Positions 61,336 to 64,000 of a stretch of 64,000 bases of DNA are shown one piece after another; position 1 is the stretch's first letter; each line of letters opens with the position of its first letter. Made by a program: the position numbers and the translations under genes. The notes beneath the pieces were generated by a model. It had not been told where the DNA came from. It did no database searches and worked only from the letters and a program-made list of their open reading frames with translations. The DNA is from Isurus oxyrinchus (lineage: Eukaryota), in NCBI GenBank assembly GCA_026770705.1, contig JANJGN010000052.1, forward strand, positions 744,001 to 808,000, read 5' to 3'.

Positions 61336-63645
61336 GTAGGTGGAAATTCATTCCTTATTTTAAGGTTTCTCCCTGCTCGTTTCTTCCACAGAAAGTTTTC
61401 TGATTTCAAGCTGATTTCAGTGGCAGTCTGTCTCGGTTATACTCAGGAGGCATGTTTGAAATCGAACCCCCCCGCCACCCCTTTTTTTGCAAAGCTGGGA
61501 AGAGACAATTCCAAGGAAGTGAACATATACCCACAGGAATTTTAAATGTAACCCACGCCGGGAATAGTGAGAGGGAGACTGATCCAGCCTGGGAGTGGGT
61601 TAAAGAGAGGCTGGGAGTCGAGAGTCGGAGAGAGGGATGGAATGGGGGAGGGAGGGATTGGAAGAGAGAGACAGAGAGTGGGACGGGGAGGGGTGAAAGG
61701 GAAAGAACATAGGTGGGAGAGAGTGACAGAGGGAGAAATTAAAGAAGAGATGCAGAGTGAGGGAAAGTGAAAAGGGAAGAGAGATTGTCCAAGAGAGAGA
61801 AATTAACAGGAAAGGGAGAGTTACAGAGTGAGCGAAAGGTACAAAAATAGTGTGAGAGAGAGGGAGAGATACAGAGTGGGAGAATGAGACAGGGAGAGAG
61901 AGAGGGAGAGAGACAGGAAAAGGGAGAGAGGAGAGAAAGATTGGGAGAGAGGGCAATTGAGCGGAAGAGTAGGAGAGAGAGAGACAGGGAGAGGAGGAGT
62001 GGATGAGAGGAAGAGAGAGAGAGATATGGAGCAGGAGAACACCTCCTCCGGTCCCGATGTTCCTCCAAAATCTCTGACATTACTGCATCTCCCGGGTCCC
62101 CCTGATTCCCATCGCTCCACCATTGGTGGCCGTGCCTTCAACTGCCTGGGGCCCTGAGCTCCGGAATACCCTCCCTTTACCTCTCTGCCTCTGTCTCTTT
62201 CTCTCTCTCTCTCCTTTAAGACGCTCCTTAAAAACTGACATCTTTGACCAAGCTTTTGGTCACCTAACCCTAATATCTCCATATGTGACTCAGTGTTAGA
62301 CTTCTCTCTGATTTACGCTCCGGTAATGTGGGCTGGGACATTTTTCAATGTCAGAGGCGCTGTGTAAATGCAAGTTGTGAGTGTTATGTGGAAGGGAGAC
62401 CCCAGGCGGCAGTCAGTGCCAGAGACTGGAGTCATTGTGTGCAGACCATATCTAATCTCTCCGAATGCACAATCGGTTTGACTGTCAGCCAAAGCACTTT
62501 TGATATTTGATCCTTCTAACTGTTTATAACCAGGCCTACATCAAACACCGAGAGGCTGGTTAATCAACAGACACCTTAGAGGATCGAGTGAAAGACAAAG
62601 AGGACTTGCATTTCTCTAGCGCCTTCCAACACATCAGGACGTCCCAAACTGTTTCGCGGACAATCAAGTGCTTTTTTTCTTTCATGTGAGGTCACTGATG
62701 TACTGTGGGAAAAGAATCAGCCATTGGCGCACAGTAAGATCCCACAGACAGCAGCATGATAATGACCAGCGCGCTCCCAGTACTTGCACTGCAAGTGTCA
62801 GTTCAGGATGTGTGCTCGATTCTCTGCAACTCTCAGCTCTGAGTTAAAAGGACCACCAGGCATAATTGAGAAATTACCGAGCTGTCGGAGGGTCAGTACC
62901 GGCGGGGGGGCAGGACAGTCGGAGGGTCAGTACTGAGGGGGTGCTGCATTGTCAGACGGTCAGTCTTGGAGTGCTGCACTGTCAGAGGGTCAGTACCGGC
63001 GGGGGACTGCACAGTCGGAGGGTCAGTACTGAGGGGGTGCTGCATTGTCAGACGGCCAGTACTGAGGGAGTGCTGCACTGTTGGAGGGTCAGTACTGAGG
63101 GGGTGCTGCATTGTCAGACGGTCAGTACTGAGGGAGTGCTGCACAGTCGGAGGGTCAGTACTGAGGGGGTGCTGCACTGTTGAAGGCGCTGTCTTTCAGA
63201 TGAGATGTTAAACTGAGACAACATCTGCCCTCTCAGATGGATGTAGAGGATTCCATGGCCACAATTTAAATGAAGTGCGTCAGGAGTTGGGGGTATGTGT
63301 GGAGGGGGTGGTGGGGGGTGGATGGGGTGGAGTTATGTCCGCTTTCCTGGGGCAAACATTTATCCCTCAACTGACATTGGTAAAAAACTGAAAATCGGGG
63401 CCATTATCACATTTCTGTTTGTGGGATCTTGCTGTGCGTGAATTGCCTGCTGCGTTTCCTACATTACAGCGGTGAGCTCACTTCAGAAAAAGTCCTTCCT
63501 TCAGCTGTGGAACACTTTGGGCCATCCTGAGGAGGGGAAAGGCGCTATAGAAATGCGGCATCCTCGTTCCAATGACGCGCCTGATTGAAATGATGCCTTC
63601 TTTCTTTCCGGAATGTTCTCACCTATTGTCCTCCTGCTTTTCCAG

Positions 63646-63762
63646 GGCTCCTTGCTGCAGCGCCAGAACAGAATGAGCAGACAGCGGCACTGCAGATTCG
63701 GCTGTCACTGCTGTAATTGGAGAGAATCAAATGAGACTCGTGGTATCTGCTGCATATTTTAG
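63646..63762 (+). CDS. hamp: Hepcidin copy R exon 3 (6-Cys variant)
   Basis: GSLLQRQNRMSRQRHCRFGCHCCNWRESNETRGICCIF*. Confidence 0.88.
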   Translation, partial: GSLLQRQNRMSRQRHCRFGCHCCNWRESNETRGICCIF

Positions 63763-64000
63763 ACCCTGGCCTCATTCACGCAAGGTCATCCTGCACCATG
63801 CCACAGCCTCTCCCCTCCTTATCTACTGCTTAGCAATCTATTTAACACAGGCCCTGTTCATTAATTCCAACTGAAACTTTACCTGCGTTTTACAGCAGGG
63901 AAAGAAGCCATTCGGCCCATCTGCTCCATGCTGGTGTTTCTGCTCCACACGAGTCTCCGCCCACCCCTTCTCCATCTCACCCCATCACCATATCCTTCTA

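Larger units (their letters stand above)
51530..64000 (+). repeat. Right arm of large inverted segmental duplication (runs off window)
   Basis: Position 64000 pairs with 34482. Confidence 0.95.

Noticed and set aside
62533-62557. Possible extra hepcidin micro-exon (AYIKHREA)
   Set aside because: 25 nt with a weak donor would break the phase-0 frame; the three-exon model is already complete.

Overview
Eukaryotic, intron-containing vertebrate DNA. The LINE/SINE families and gene style point to a cartilaginous fish (shark/ray; inference). It is an innate-immune locus with two halves. (1) 1.3-27 kb, + strand: a Siglec/MAG/CD22-like Ig receptor cluster. Gene A has three tandem V-set exons (V1 has Thr in place of the sialic-acid-binding Arg), one Siglec-type C2 exon and four near-identical I/C2-set exons, but no transmembrane (TM) exon of its own. 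A broken paralog B follows (frameshifted leader, deleted V, intact C2, half I exon). It ends in an intact TM exon with an intramembrane Arg and a short Tyr-free tail, the signature of an activating receptor. (2) 34.5-64 kb: a head-to-head inverted duplication with ~12 kb arms and a ~5 kb spacer. Each arm holds a MAG-like Siglec pseudogene (leader + V truncated by a Gypsy gag-pro fragment) and a three-exon hepcidin (HAMP) gene whose mature-peptide exon is missing from the ORF track. The left (- strand) copy encodes an intact 88-aa, 8-Cys preprohepcidin with an atypical N-terminus and a long loop carrying an N-glycosylation sequon. The right (+ strand) copy has 6 Cys, a damaged exon-1 donor, and 8 of 9 exon-3 differences nonsynonymous. 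HAMP beside MAG/CD22-type genes mirrors the human USF2-HAMP-MAG-CD22 neighbourhood. The rest is CR1/L2 LINE, Deu-type SINE, Gypsy and Penelope-like fragments (one minimal hammerhead ribozyme motif), retroposon-derived minisatellites and three N-gaps. All calls are by eye; family similarities are from memory, not database searches.
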